This document shows positions 1 to 9,207 of a stretch of DNA of 64,000 nt, piece after piece. Each line of letters opens with the position of its first letter. The stretch's first letter is position 1. The notes under the pieces were generated by a model. The model had not been told where the DNA came from and ran no database searches. It saw nothing but the letters and a program-made list of their open reading frames with translations. The position numbers and the translations under genes were made by a program. This DNA comes from Planctomycetota bacterium (lineage in GTDB: Bacteria; Planctomycetota; UBA8108; SXIK01). The stretch lies in assembly GCA_965223845.1 (NCBI GenBank), contig CBDCXR010000004.1, positions 3,296,001 to 3,360,000 of the forward strand. Reading direction: 5' to 3'.

Positions 1-1195
1 TCTCCTGCCGGACGCGTGGATCCGTGTGACCGTAGAACGGGTTCGACCGCGGAATCGCGTAGGCGAGACCCGAGTCGCGCCCGTCGACATCGATCCGCAG
101 CACCGCGCCGAGGAGGTGATGGAGGCTCTGCCCGTGTCCGTCCGGATCCTCCTGGGGCCCGCCGTCGCCCGTCCCGACGTAGAGAAAACCGTCCGGGCCG
201 AAGCCCGCCATCCCGCCCGTGTGGAGATCGGTCCACTGCTCGATGTGAAGAAGTCGGCGCGACGGCGCTCCCGCGTCGCGGCGCAGGTCCTCCGTCGCTC
301 GACGCTCGACGATCACCGTCCCGAACGCTCCGTCTTCGAGAACGTGATGGTTGAGAAAGTAGCGACGGTTTTCGGTGAATTGCGGGTGAAAGGCGAGCCC
401 CATCAGCCCTTTGTGCTCGCCCGTGCACGCGTCCGCACTGAGATCGGCGAAGAGCGTCTTCACCGCGACGGCCCCATGCTTTTCGAGAAGCCAGATCTTC
501 GCCGGATCGTTCTCGACGACGACGAACGTGTCCTCGATGCCCGGTACGGGCGCGAACCAGATCGGGTGTCGAAACCGGAGACTCTCGCCATGGAAAGGCT
601 CGATGTGAATCGGCCGCTCCACCCACGGAATGTCATCCGGCGTCCCCGCCTTCGCGTGCGGGGCGACCTCCGGACTCTTCAAGGTCTCGAGGTAGGCGAG
701 GAGATCGGCGAACTCCGACTTCGAGAACGACGCGTGAAGATCCTTCGGCATGAGTGAAAGCGGACTGTTCTTCTCCTCCGCGACATCGTCCTTCGCGATC
801 CTTCGCGTCGTGCCATCGACGAGAAAGAGTTCCACGGAGTCGTCGGCGCGAGACTTGACGATTCCGGTGATCGCTTCGCCGGCGGTCGTGACGAACTCCT
901 TCGCCGCGTAGCCCGCGAGGATCGATTTGCTCGGGGCGAGAATCGCTTCGATGAGCCCGGCCCGCGCGTGCTTGTCCGCCATTCCGACGAGATCGGGGCC
1001 CGCTTTCCTCTCGCCGCTTCCGACGGTGTGGCAGCGGACGCAGCCGACGATCTCGCGCTCGTAGACGACCTTACCGCGCTGCGCGTCTCCGACGACCGCT
1101 AGAGCATGAGCGCGGTACGGATTCGGGTCCGGGACTTCGTCGGCGACGATCGTCGCACCGCACGCGCACAACACTGCGAGGAGAGTAGACTGCAT
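1..1195 (-). CDS. Secreted heme-binding cytochrome c domain fused to a PQQ-dependent glucose/sorbosone dehydrogenase-like domain (runs off the left edge of the window)
   Basis: Absent from the ORF track; translated by hand from ATG 1195 (alternative in-frame ATG 1219). Reads MQSTLLAVLCACGATIVADE...GDAQRGKVVY...GCVRCHTV (CxxCH)...GPDL...SLMPKDL, then GSDH-type motifs GLMGLAFHPQF and HTGGMAGFGPDGFLYVGTGDGG...LLGAVLRIDVD. Confidence 0.85.
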   Translation of the reverse strand, partial: MQSTLLAVLCACGATIVADEVPDPNPYRAHALAVVGDAQRGKVVYEREIVGCVRCHTVGSGERKAGPDLVGMADKHARAGLIEAILAPSKSILAGYAAKEFVTTAGEAITGIVKSRADDSVELFLVDGTTRRIAKDDVAEEKNSPLSLMPKDLHASFSKSEFADLLAYLETLKSPEVAPHAKAGTPDDIPWVERPIHIEPFHGESLRFRHPIWFAPVPGIEDTFVVVENDPAKIWLLEKHGAVAVKTLFADLSADACTGEHKGLMGLAFHPQFTENRRYFLNHHVLEDGAFGTVIVERRATEDLRRDAGAPSRRLLHIEQWTDLHTGGMAGFGPDGFLYVGTGDGGPQEDPDGHGQSLHHLLGAVLRIDVDGRDSGLAYAIPRSNPFYGHTDPRVRQE

Positions 1196-1292
1196 CCGGG
1201 ATGCTCGAGACGGAGTCATGGCGGGTGGGCTCGGGAGAACACGAACGGGCCGTGCGCGGCGTTCGACTCGAAGCACCTATTTGAACGGACGG

Positions 1293-2729
1293 CTAAGTGA
1301 GTAGCTTGTCGATCACGACGCCGGCGACGTCCGTCAGCCGGTCCTCGCGCCCGCTGTGAAAGAAAGTGAGGCGTTCGTGATCGAGCCCGAGGAGGTGAAG
1401 GATCGTCGCGTGGATATCGTGGACGTGCGCGTGATCTCGGATGGCGTGGAGGCCGAAGTCATCGGTCTCGCCGATCACTTGGCCGCCCTTCACACCTCCT
1501 CCGGCAAACCACATCGTAAACCCGAAGGGGTTGTGGTCGCGACCGTCGCCCTTCTCCGATTGCGGTGTTCGACCGAACTCTCCTCCCCAAACAACGAGCG
1601 TCTCTTCGAGAAGGCCTCGCTGTTTGAGGTCTTTGAGGAGGCCCGCGATCGGCCGATCGCACGAGCGGCAGCGCTCGGTGTGGTTCTTCTCGATCTTCGA
1701 GTGCGCGTCCCACTTGCTTCCCGAACCGTTGTAGAGCTGAACGAACCGCACGCCGCGCTCGACGAGCCGACGCGCGAGGAGGCACATGCGGCCGTAGGTC
1801 GCAGTGGGCTTGTCGTCGAGTCCGTAGAGGTCGCGAGTCGCTTGCGACTCGCTCGAGATGTCGACGGCCTCCGGCGCCGCGGATTGCATCCGATACGCGA
1901 GCTCGTAGCTCGCGATCCGCGCTTCGAGCTCAGAGACCTCACCGCGCCTCGCCGCGTGAATGCGATTGAGCTCGGCGATGAAGTCGAGCTCGCGACGCTG
2001 CTGGGTCGCTCCGACTCTCTTTTGCTGCGCGAGGTTGAGGATCGGCGCGCGCCCTTCGCGAAACTGCGTCCCCTGGTAGGTCGCGGGCATGTAACCCGTG
2101 CCCCAGTTCCGCGGTCCGCCGGGGGGCTCCGCGCCCGAATCGAGGAGAACGACAAATGCGGGGAGGCTGTCGCTCTCCGTGCCGAGCCCGTACGACGTCC
2201 ACGCGCCGAGGCTCGGGCGTCCGGCCTCGATCGAGCCCGTGTTCATCTGGCAGACACCGCGAACGTGAAGGAGCCCATCGGCCTGACACGAGCGGAGGAC
2301 GGCGATGTCGTCGATGCACTCGCCGACGTGAGGCATCCAGTCGGAGACCGGGATTCCACTTTCGCCGCAGAGCTTCCACTTGCGCGCGCTCGCGAGAATC
2401 GGGCTGTCCGTCTCGCCCATCGGGAGATACGGACGCCGAATGTGCTTCGGGAGCTGCGAGCCGGCGTAACGATTGACGGCGGGTTTCGGATCGAACGTAT
2501 CGATGTGGCTCGGCCCGCCGTCCATGAAGAGGAAGATCACGCGCTTTGCCCGAGCCTCGTGATGCGTGCGACGAGGCGCGAACGGCGACTCGGCGTCCGC
2601 GCCAATCGCTTCGCTCGCGAGGAGATGCGAGAGCGCGACCGCGCCAAAGCCACCCCCGGCACGAGCGAGAAAATCGCGCCGCGTCCCTGCGAGCTCGGCG
2701 TGCGGGAATCGTGGCTCACTTGCGTTCAT
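1293..2729 (-). CDS. DUF1501 domain protein (planctomycete type, Tat-like signal)
   Basis: TRRDFL Tat-like motif; AKRVIFLFMDGGPSHIDTFDPKP; LARRLVERGVRFVQL; WDAH; WGGEFGRTP; GRDHNP; HVHDIHATILHLLGLDH. Confidence 0.93.
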   Translation of the reverse strand: MNASEPRFPHAELAGTRRDFLARAGGGFGAVALSHLLASEAIGADAESPFAPRRTHHEARAKRVIFLFMDGGPSHIDTFDPKPAVNRYAGSQLPKHIRRPYLPMGETDSPILASARKWKLCGESGIPVSDWMPHVGECIDDIAVLRSCQADGLLHVRGVCQMNTGSIEAGRPSLGAWTSYGLGTESDSLPAFVVLLDSGAEPPGGPRNWGTGYMPATYQGTQFREGRAPILNLAQQKRVGATQQRRELDFIAELNRIHAARRGEVSELEARIASYELAYRMQSAAPEAVDISSESQATRDLYGLDDKPTATYGRMCLLARRLVERGVRFVQLYNGSGSKWDAHSKIEKNHTERCRSCDRPIAGLLKDLKQRGLLEETLVVWGGEFGRTPQSEKGDGRDHNPFGFTMWFAGGGVKGGQVIGETDDFGLHAIRDHAHVHDIHATILHLLGLDHERLTFFHSGREDRLTDVAGVVIDKLLT

Positions 2730-2745
2730 CGAAACTCGCCCGTCC

Positions 2746-4971
2746 TCAATCGACGTAGATGAATTCGTTCGTGTTCCACAGCGCGTGGCAGAGATCGACG
2801 ACCGCCGCGCCGAGCTCCTCCGGAATTCCCTCCGGGGCCGTTCGCGGAGTCGCGATCAACTCGCCGCGCGCTTTCCTCTCCGCGACGACGATCGCCTGTT
2901 CTTCGAGAAACGTCCGAGTCGCACGCGCTTCGGCGTCGCTCGGGCGTCTCCCGAACGCGAGCTCGTACGCCCGCGTGATCAACGCCTCTCGATCGGCGCC
3001 GGCTTCGCGAAGAAGCCGTCCGGCGAACGTTTCCGCGCGTTCGAGAAACCAGCCGTCGTTGAGGAGCATGAGTGCCTGTGTGGGCGTCGTCGTCTCCGCT
3101 CTCTCCGCGCACGAACCGTGGTTGTCCGGCAGGTCGAACGTCTTGAGGAGCGGCAGGTGCATGTTTCGCTTCACGACGAGATAGACCGATCGGCGCGCCT
3201 GGGCGAGCGGATCTGCGGTCGGTTTCCACGCGTAGCGATCGCTGATCCCGGGCGGCAGCAGCGGAAAGACGCTCGCTCCGAACATACGCGAGTTCAGCTC
3301 ACCGCTTCCCGCGAGGATCGAGTCGCGGAGCACCTCGGCTTCGACGCGCCGCACGCTCATCCGCCAGAGGAGTCGGTTCTCGGGATCGATTTCGCGACCT
3401 CGTTCGACGAGCTCGCCGCCGACGACCGACGCCTGACGATACAGGCTCGACGTGAGGACGAGCCGGTGCATTTCCTTCACGCTCCAGCCGCGACGGACGA
3501 ACTCGCTCGCGAGCCAATCGAGGAGCTCAGGATGCGACGGTGGTTCCGCTTGGAATCCGAAATCGCTCGGAGTTGCGACGATCCCGCGTCCGAAGTGGTG
3601 CTGCCAGATGCGGTTCACCATGACGCGTGCGGTGAGGGGATTCACGGGATCCGTAAGCCACTCGACGAGCGCGGTGCGCCCCTCACCCCGGCGGTCGCTC
3701 GTCGCCGACTCCGCCGCGCGGAGCACCTTGAACACGGCCGGACGAATCGTTTCGCTGTCGTGCTCGCTCCCCGGGATGCGGACCGAGGGCGCCGCGCCGT
3801 CGAGAGTCTTCACACCGCGCGCGAGCGGCGGCGACTTCGGTCGGATGGCATCGAATTCCTTCAGTTTCGCCTCGATGACCTTCCACTTCGTCTTCGCTTC
3901 CTTCGGCATGCTGCCGAGCATTTCCTTTTCGTTCGGCTTCAGCTCCGCGCCGCCGAGCATCATGATCTGCCGCTCGAGCACGGATCGCTTCGACGGTTCG
4001 AGGGCGGCGATCTCCTGAACACGCATCGGGAACTTGCGCGATTTCTTGATCGCGACCTTGCGCCAGAACGGTGCCTCGAGCGCGCGTTTCTCGGCGCGGA
4101 GGTCCTTGGTGGCTCCTTCCCAGCGCGTGAGCTGCTCGCGGTATCGCGCGAGCGACTGAGGCGACCCGACGAGCACGTCGTCGCGAGGAGCCATCGCGGC
4201 GAAGTACGCCTGGAGACCGTAATAGTCGCGCTGCGAAATCGGATCGAACTTGTGATCGTGACAGCGCGCACAGGCGACGGTGAGCCCGAGAAACACGCTG
4301 CCGGTAACGTCGGTGACGTCGTTCAGGACCACCTGCCACATGTCGGGGAGCGTGCGTCCGTTGTCCTCGTACGGCCAGTGACGCAGATACCCCGTCGCGA
4401 CGAGCGCACTCGAATCGCTCGGAGCGATCTCATCCCCGGCGATCTGCTCCGCGGCGAAGCGATCGTACGGCTTATCTTCGTTGAACGCGCGGATCACCCA
4501 ATCGCGGTAGTGCCAGACACCCGGACGAAACCGATCGGACTTGTACCCGTCGCTCTCGGCGAAGCGAACGAGATCGAGCCAGTGTCTCGCCCACCTCTCG
4601 CCGTACCGAGGAGAGGCGAGAAGGCGCTCGACGAGGCGCTCGTACGCGTCCGGGGCGTCGTCGGCGACAAACGCGTCGATTTCCTCGGGAGTCGGCGGCA
4701 ATCCGTGCAGATCGAGCGTCGCCCGCCGGATCAGTGTGCGGCGATTCGCATCCGGAGCGAGCGCGAGCCCGCTCTCGGCCGAACGACGGAGAGCAAACGC
4801 GTCGATCGGGTTTCGCACGCGGGGCGAGTCGACGGACGGAACGTCCGGACGCTCGACGGGCTGGTGGGACCAGTGCTTCGAGCGTTTGGGCGAAGACGGG
4901 TCCGCGTAGGCGGCGCCCACCGAGACGACGAAGCAGACAACGAACCACGGCCGAACCCTCGGGGTGTTCAC
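2746..4971 (-). CDS. DUF1549/DUF1553 (PSD1/PSCyt2-type) domain protein
   Basis: NPIDAF, LIRRATLDLHGLPP, YGERWARHWLDLVRFAES, ACARCHDHKFDP, NPLTARVMVNRIWQHHFGRGIV, PSHPELLDWLA. Likely start is GTG 4971 (GAGGT SD, signal peptide follows); the ORF track extends to 5061. Confidence 0.92.
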   Translation of the reverse strand: MNTPRVRPWFVVCFVVSVGAAYADPSSPKRSKHWSHQPVERPDVPSVDSPRVRNPIDAFALRRSAESGLALAPDANRRTLIRRATLDLHGLPPTPEEIDAFVADDAPDAYERLVERLLASPRYGERWARHWLDLVRFAESDGYKSDRFRPGVWHYRDWVIRAFNEDKPYDRFAAEQIAGDEIAPSDSSALVATGYLRHWPYEDNGRTLPDMWQVVLNDVTDVTGSVFLGLTVACARCHDHKFDPISQRDYYGLQAYFAAMAPRDDVLVGSPQSLARYREQLTRWEGATKDLRAEKRALEAPFWRKVAIKKSRKFPMRVQEIAALEPSKRSVLERQIMMLGGAELKPNEKEMLGSMPKEAKTKWKVIEAKLKEFDAIRPKSPPLARGVKTLDGAAPSVRIPGSEHDSETIRPAVFKVLRAAESATSDRRGEGRTALVEWLTDPVNPLTARVMVNRIWQHHFGRGIVATPSDFGFQAEPPSHPELLDWLASEFVRRGWSVKEMHRLVLTSSLYRQASVVGGELVERGREIDPENRLLWRMSVRRVEAEVLRDSILAGSGELNSRMFGASVFPLLPPGISDRYAWKPTADPLAQARRSVYLVVKRNMHLPLLKTFDLPDNHGSCAERAETTTPTQALMLLNDGWFLERAETFAGRLLREAGADREALITRAYELAFGRRPSDAEARATRTFLEEQAIVVAERKARGELIATPRTAPEGIPEELGAAVVDLCHALWNTNEFIYVD

Positions 4972-5136
4972 GATCGAGCACCTCGCGCGTTGAACTTCTG
5001 GGATCTCGGCTCTTCGCATCCCCTCGGAGCGGTGAGCCGGACGGCTCTCAGGATACCGCAAATCGGAGGCGGAATTCAGCCGAGTTGTCGGGCGCAGAGG
5101 GCCGGAAACGGCGCTCTGCGTTCCCGGTCGACGGTC

Positions 5137-5694
5137 TCAAGGCCCGTCGCCGCTCGCGATGACGAACCTTCGATTGCGCCGGGCGAATTCGCGAGCGTAC
5201 TCGCGGTTCGTGAACGAAAGCGTGATCGTCCGCGCCGTGGCGGACACGCGAACGGGTGGCGGAGGAGGAATCGGGAGTCGGCCGGGGTCGAGGATCGCCA
5301 CGACGATCCCCACTACCAGCGCGATGACCATGAAACTGAGAGTCGCCAGCAGCGACGCCCAAGGCTCGGGAAAGTCTTTTCGCATCGACTCGTGGAGCGA
5401 GAAGCTGACGACTCCCGTAGCAAAAGCGAAGATGATCCCGGGCCCGGCGACGAGAAGTAGCCGGACCCAACTCGACCGCCGGACTTGCGTTCGACACGAA
5501 GAACAGATCGGCGCGAGGGGCGTATCGCGCGGGATCCGGGGCATGACGTATCGCGGGAGTCCGAATCCACGATCCGGGCCGAATCCAAAGCGGAGCATTT
5601 CGCTGGGCGAGCTCAAGTCGCAGACGACGCAGCGAGCGGGATATTCTAGCTCGTAGCCGCGGTGCAGTTCGACTCGGGCGGCGGGTCGGGTCAT
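5137..5694 (-). CDS. Uncharacterised CxxC...CxxC (putative Zn-binding) two-TM membrane protein, paralog D
   Basis: YPARCVVC...PICSSC, two hydrophobic helices, C-terminal SFTNREYAREFARRN. ATG 5694 aligns with the N-termini of the paralogs; the ORF is open to 5814. Confidence 0.75.
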   Translation of the reverse strand: MTRPAARVELHRGYELEYPARCVVCDLSSPSEMLRFGFGPDRGFGLPRYVMPRIPRDTPLAPICSSCRTQVRRSSWVRLLLVAGPGIIFAFATGVVSFSLHESMRKDFPEPWASLLATLSFMVIALVVGIVVAILDPGRLPIPPPPPVRVSATARTITLSFTNREYAREFARRNRRFVIASGDGP

Positions 5695-5914
5695 GGCCGG
5701 ACTGGTTACGCTGAAGGAGTTGAGTCGATTCGATCGGCGATTGCGGGACCGCGTTCGTTTCGGACAAAAACCGCTCTCGATCAGTATGTCGGGATCGAGT
5801 TTAACGGCAATCATCGACCTTCTGGCTCACGCGCCTGGCCCGAAAGACCGCGAGAGGGAAACCGCGGTTCGATCGCGTGGCGGAGCTCGACGCGAGTCGG
5901 CTCGAAGCGTGACT

Positions 5915-7015
5915 TCACTCACGAAAGCTCGCCGGCGGACCGTCAGACGGGTCGCTCGGGTCGCGCGATACGACAGATTCGCGATTGAGCTTCGAAAACT
6001 CCCGAGCGAATGTGGGATTCCCGAAGGCGTATTCCACGTGATCCGCTCGGACGGTGACCTCGATCGGCGGTGCGCTGAAAATCGCGGTACCGAGTAGAGC
6101 GATCCACGAGAGAGCTGCAAAGGGCATCGACCACGGCCGCGGGATCCATTCGCGGACGAGCCCTTCGAGAACGAACACCGCGAATACACCTAAGAAAGCC
6201 GCGGTCCATGTCCCGCGGACGAAGCGCAGCCGCTGAATTCGGCTTAGACACGACGCGCAGCAGGGCACTCGGGGACGGGCACCTAGGTTCGGAAGAATCG
6301 CGCGGTGAAACCACATCCAACCTGAGTATCGTGGCTGGAACGCAGCCCGGCTACCCGGCGCGTCGACTCCACAACCAACACAGCGTGCGGGGAACCGAGC
6401 CAGAAACTCGCGGTAGATTCCGATCCGAGTCGCGGCGTAGGTCGCGCGTACTCGGCCGCGACCTCCCCAAGCTCTCGCGAGATTCCAGCGTCGAGCCCGC
6501 TTTCCGCGAATTTCTTCCGCCGAAAGTAGGTGCTCGCGATTCAGCGCATCGAACTCTCGCGCGTACTCTGGATCATAAACCAGATACTCGACCGTGTCTC
6601 CACACACGACGACGTCGGCCGGCTTCCACCTTAAACTACTAAGAATCGCGACGCCCATGAGCATAGGTACAGCGACGAACCCAAGCGACCACGGACTCGG
6701 CACGACGACCCGAACGACAGGTTCGAGCAAAAAGAGACTGAGGAACACCGTCGAAATGATCGCCGCGAGAAAGAGCCACCCGAAGACTCCGTCCGAGTGT
6801 AGGACGGCGCGGACGCATCCCGTGCACGCCGGGATCCGGCGTGGTTGCAATCGGTCGCGTCGAATCACTAGCGCGTGCATCCCGAACCACACCGGATAAA
6901 GGATGCGCGAGAGGTAACTCGCGCCCGGCGATTCCCTCCCGCAAATCGCGCACCGATCGGGGAACTCGGGTTCGTACTCTCGGGGGAACTCGAGTCGAGT
7001 TGATCCGAAGGTCAT
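5915..7015 (-). CDS. Uncharacterised protein with two tandem copies of the CxxC...CxxC two-TM domain, paralog C
   Basis: FPDRCAIC...PACTGC...VEYLVYDPEYAREFDALNRE, then FPARCVGC...PCCASC...VEYAFGNPTFAREFSKLNRE. ATGA overlap with the upstream gene. Confidence 0.8.
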   Translation of the reverse strand: MTFGSTRLEFPREYEPEFPDRCAICGRESPGASYLSRILYPVWFGMHALVIRRDRLQPRRIPACTGCVRAVLHSDGVFGWLFLAAIISTVFLSLFLLEPVVRVVVPSPWSLGFVAVPMLMGVAILSSLRWKPADVVVCGDTVEYLVYDPEYAREFDALNREHLLSAEEIRGKRARRWNLARAWGGRGRVRATYAATRIGIYREFLARFPARCVGCGVDAPGSRAAFQPRYSGWMWFHRAILPNLGARPRVPCCASCLSRIQRLRFVRGTWTAAFLGVFAVFVLEGLVREWIPRPWSMPFAALSWIALLGTAIFSAPPIEVTVRADHVEYAFGNPTFAREFSKLNRESVVSRDPSDPSDGPPASFRE

Positions 7016-7590
7016 CGGTCAGGTTGGCGTGCGCAGGGGTCGGGATTTCGTGAGACGATGTGCTCACGGTTGAGCTCTTCGAAGTCGCGAGCGAATTCCG
7101 GGGCGGCGAACGAGTATTCCAAGGTATCCACGTGGACTATGACGAGAAGAGGCTGCGGCTGTGGACCTCGCAGGTCTGCGAGTAGACGTCGGAAACACCA
7201 CTCGAGCGCGCTCGTCGTCGCGATGAAGAATACGATTCCACAAAACGTCACCGTGAACGACGCCAAGACACCCGGCAGCACCGGAGTCACCAGCGAGTAC
7301 ACGGCGATCATCGTCGCCGCCATCGTCGCCATTCCCGGCAGCAAAGGAATCGCCGCCGCGAGCCACCAGCGCCGCCGCCATCGATGATGACAGGGATCGC
7401 AGATCGGTCCGACTGCGACTCGTGGACGCGTCGCAGAAAAGATCAGAGCGGGAGACAACGTCGTGAGAACGGTGCGTGTTCGCGTACGGAAAGGACCCTC
7501 TCGAGGCTTGCCGTTGCAGCAGACGCAGCGGTCGGGAAACTGTGGAGAGTGCTCGCGAGAGATCTCGATCGAGGTGACCGGTCGGCTCAC
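7012..7590 (-). CDS. Uncharacterised CxxC...CxxC two-TM membrane protein, paralog B
   Basis: FPDRCVCC...PICDPC...LEYSFAAPEFARDFEELNRE. GGAGG SD and GTGA overlap with the upstream gene. Confidence 0.8.
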   Translation of the reverse strand: MSRPVTSIEISREHSPQFPDRCVCCNGKPREGPFRTRTRTVLTTLSPALIFSATRPRVAVGPICDPCHHRWRRRWWLAAAIPLLPGMATMAATMIAVYSLVTPVLPGVLASFTVTFCGIVFFIATTSALEWCFRRLLADLRGPQPQPLLVIVHVDTLEYSFAAPEFARDFEELNREHIVSRNPDPCARQPDR

Positions 7591-8177
7591 GGCGGCTCCT
7601 CCTGGAGATGGCCAGACGCGTCCGGAACTTCGCCTCCGCGGACAAGCTGCTTCTGAGTCAGTTTCTCATGGTTGAGGCGTTCGAAGTCTTGCGCGCAGCT
7701 GCAGTCCTGCAGGACGAACACGGCCTGCACGGTCTCTCCCCGATCGACCAGGAAACACTCGTCGGGTATCCACCCAAGTTTGATGATGACGTAGATAAGA
7801 AAGAGAGATTCGCCGATTCCGTACGCGCTGGGCAACGTGATCGCGAGTAGCCATGCCGTCGGCAACGCTTCGTGCAGCGCAACCATGACGAACGCCGGGA
7901 ACAGACAGAACGCCCCCCACTTGAGCCCTGCCCAAACGAGGGCCGGGTGAGACTTCTCGCGCAGGAGGCGAACGTGACAATTCCGACATACCGGCACCGA
8001 GATGGCGAGGCGAGGATGCCGCACGAGGAAACGGCGCTCGAGGCCGAAGAATCGTTCACAGAATACACTCGGCTGGAAATCTGAAGTTGATTTCTGTCTC
8101 CCGCAGGACATGCATCGATTCGGGAAGACCGGCACGTAGCTTCGGTAAAACTCGAACCCAGCGACGTGTCTATTCAC
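7587..8177 (-). CDS. Uncharacterised CxxC...CxxC two-TM membrane protein, paralog A (most diverged)
   Basis: FPNRCMSC...PVCRNC, two TM segments, CAQDFERLNHE. Likely start GTG 8177; the ORF is open to 8207. Confidence 0.7.
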   Translation of the reverse strand: MNRHVAGFEFYRSYVPVFPNRCMSCGRQKSTSDFQPSVFCERFFGLERRFLVRHPRLAISVPVCRNCHVRLLREKSHPALVWAGLKWGAFCLFPAFVMVALHEALPTAWLLAITLPSAYGIGESLFLIYVIIKLGWIPDECFLVDRGETVQAVFVLQDCSCAQDFERLNHEKLTQKQLVRGGEVPDASGHLQEEPP

Positions 8178-8399
8178 GAATCGCGACCCTTTCACTCGGC
8201 AATTCACTACCCGGGACCGGAGGACCCGCGAGGAACGACTACGCGGTCCACTCCAGCAGGCTTGCGTGCATAGTCGGCAGAGCTGGATCGAGACGGAGAT
8301 AAGGATCCGGGAGAGACGCAGCTGAAGAAGCAGCAGCTGAAGAAGAAAAAGAACTGAGTCGGGAACGGGAACGTGGCTCGCACCGCGCTGGTGCGGACG

Positions 8400-8897
8400 T
8401 CAATACCGCGACATCTCCCGCCTCACCTCCCGATCCGCGTCCCTCGCCTTCATGCTCTGCCGTTTGTCGTGCTGACGCTTTCCCACGCAAACTCCGAGCT
8501 CGACCTTCGCGATCCCCCTCGCATTGAAGTAGATCCGGAGCGGAACGAGCGTGTGTCCTTTTTGATCGACCTTTCGGATCAGCTTTCGAATCTCGGCGCG
8601 GTGAAGGAGGAGCTTTCGCTTCCGCGTCGGTTCGTGACCGAAGTGGACGGCGTTCTTGTACTCCCCGATGTGGAGGCCGATCAGAAAGACCTCGGCGTCC
8701 ACGATCGTCGCGTAGCTGTCGGTGAGAATCACCCTTCCTTCGCGGATCGACTTCACTTCGGAACCGATGAGCGCGACGCCGCACTCGACCTTCTCGATCA
8801 CGTGGTAGTCGTGGAAGGCCTTCCGGTTCTTGAACTGAAGGGACGAGGAGGATTTCTCCTTCTTCCCGTCCTTTTTTCCCGCGCGGTTCTTTGCCAT
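8400..8897 (-). CDS. smpB: SsrA-binding protein SmpB
   Basis: NRKAFHDYHVIEKVECGVALIGSEVKSIR, HEPTRKRKLLLHRAEI, KRQHDKRQSMK. Confidence 0.97.
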   Translation of the reverse strand: MAKNRAGKKDGKKEKSSSSLQFKNRKAFHDYHVIEKVECGVALIGSEVKSIREGRVILTDSYATIVDAEVFLIGLHIGEYKNAVHFGHEPTRKRKLLLHRAEIRKLIRKVDQKGHTLVPLRIYFNARGIAKVELGVCVGKRQHDKRQSMKARDADREVRREMSRY

Positions 8898-8983
8898 GGC
8901 GTTCCTATTCTACCCGTGCTCGGTTCGACCGGACACCGCGCGGAGATCGGGGCGAGAGCCGCAAGCCTCGCGCTCGCGCGGGC

Positions 8984-9011
8984 TTGACACCGATCGGGCG
9001 CTGCGTACACT
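8984..9011 (+). promoter_or_regulatory. Sigma70-type promoter for tRNA-Leu
   Basis: TTGACA (8984-8989), 16-nt spacer, TACACT (9006-9011), upstream of the tRNA. Confidence 0.6.
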
Positions 9012-9087
9012 CGCCTCTCGCTGAAGCGCGGTCGACGCCTCGCGGGCGTCGGCGACACGATCTTCCGACACGACATACCGACACCGG

Positions 9088-9175
9088 GCCGAGGTGGCGG
9101 AATTGGCAGACGCGCATGGTTCAGGTCCATGTGAGCTTTATGCTCATGAGGGTTCGAGTCCCTCCCTCGGCACCA
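9088..9175 (+). tRNA. tRNA-Leu(CAG)
   Basis: Acceptor stem GCCGAGG/CCTCGGC plus ACCA; D-arm GGCGGAATTGGCAGACGC; anticodon arm CATGG-TTCAGGT-CCATG; long variable arm; GGTTCGAGTCC T-loop. Confidence 0.96.
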
Positions 9176-9207
9176 AACGGATCTTCCCCGGACGACTCGC
9201 CGCAGTT

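Noticed and set aside
2566-5460. 964-aa plus-strand ORF and other long antisense ORFs (e.g. 26-757, 1356-2762, 21418-23067, 22214-23971, 33541-35271, 48369-50927, 58000-59940)
   Set aside because: Shadow frames opposite well-supported genes. They are Arg-rich and motif-free, as expected in high-GC DNA.
5137-9175. Prophage or integrative element at smpB/tRNA-Leu
   Set aside because: No integrase or phage gene, and I saw no duplicated tRNA 3' end (att site). tmRNA is also not recognisable next to smpB.
9094-9207. ORF-track N-terminus of the sulfatase
   Set aside because: It overlaps a complete tRNA-Leu, so it is unlikely to be the real start.
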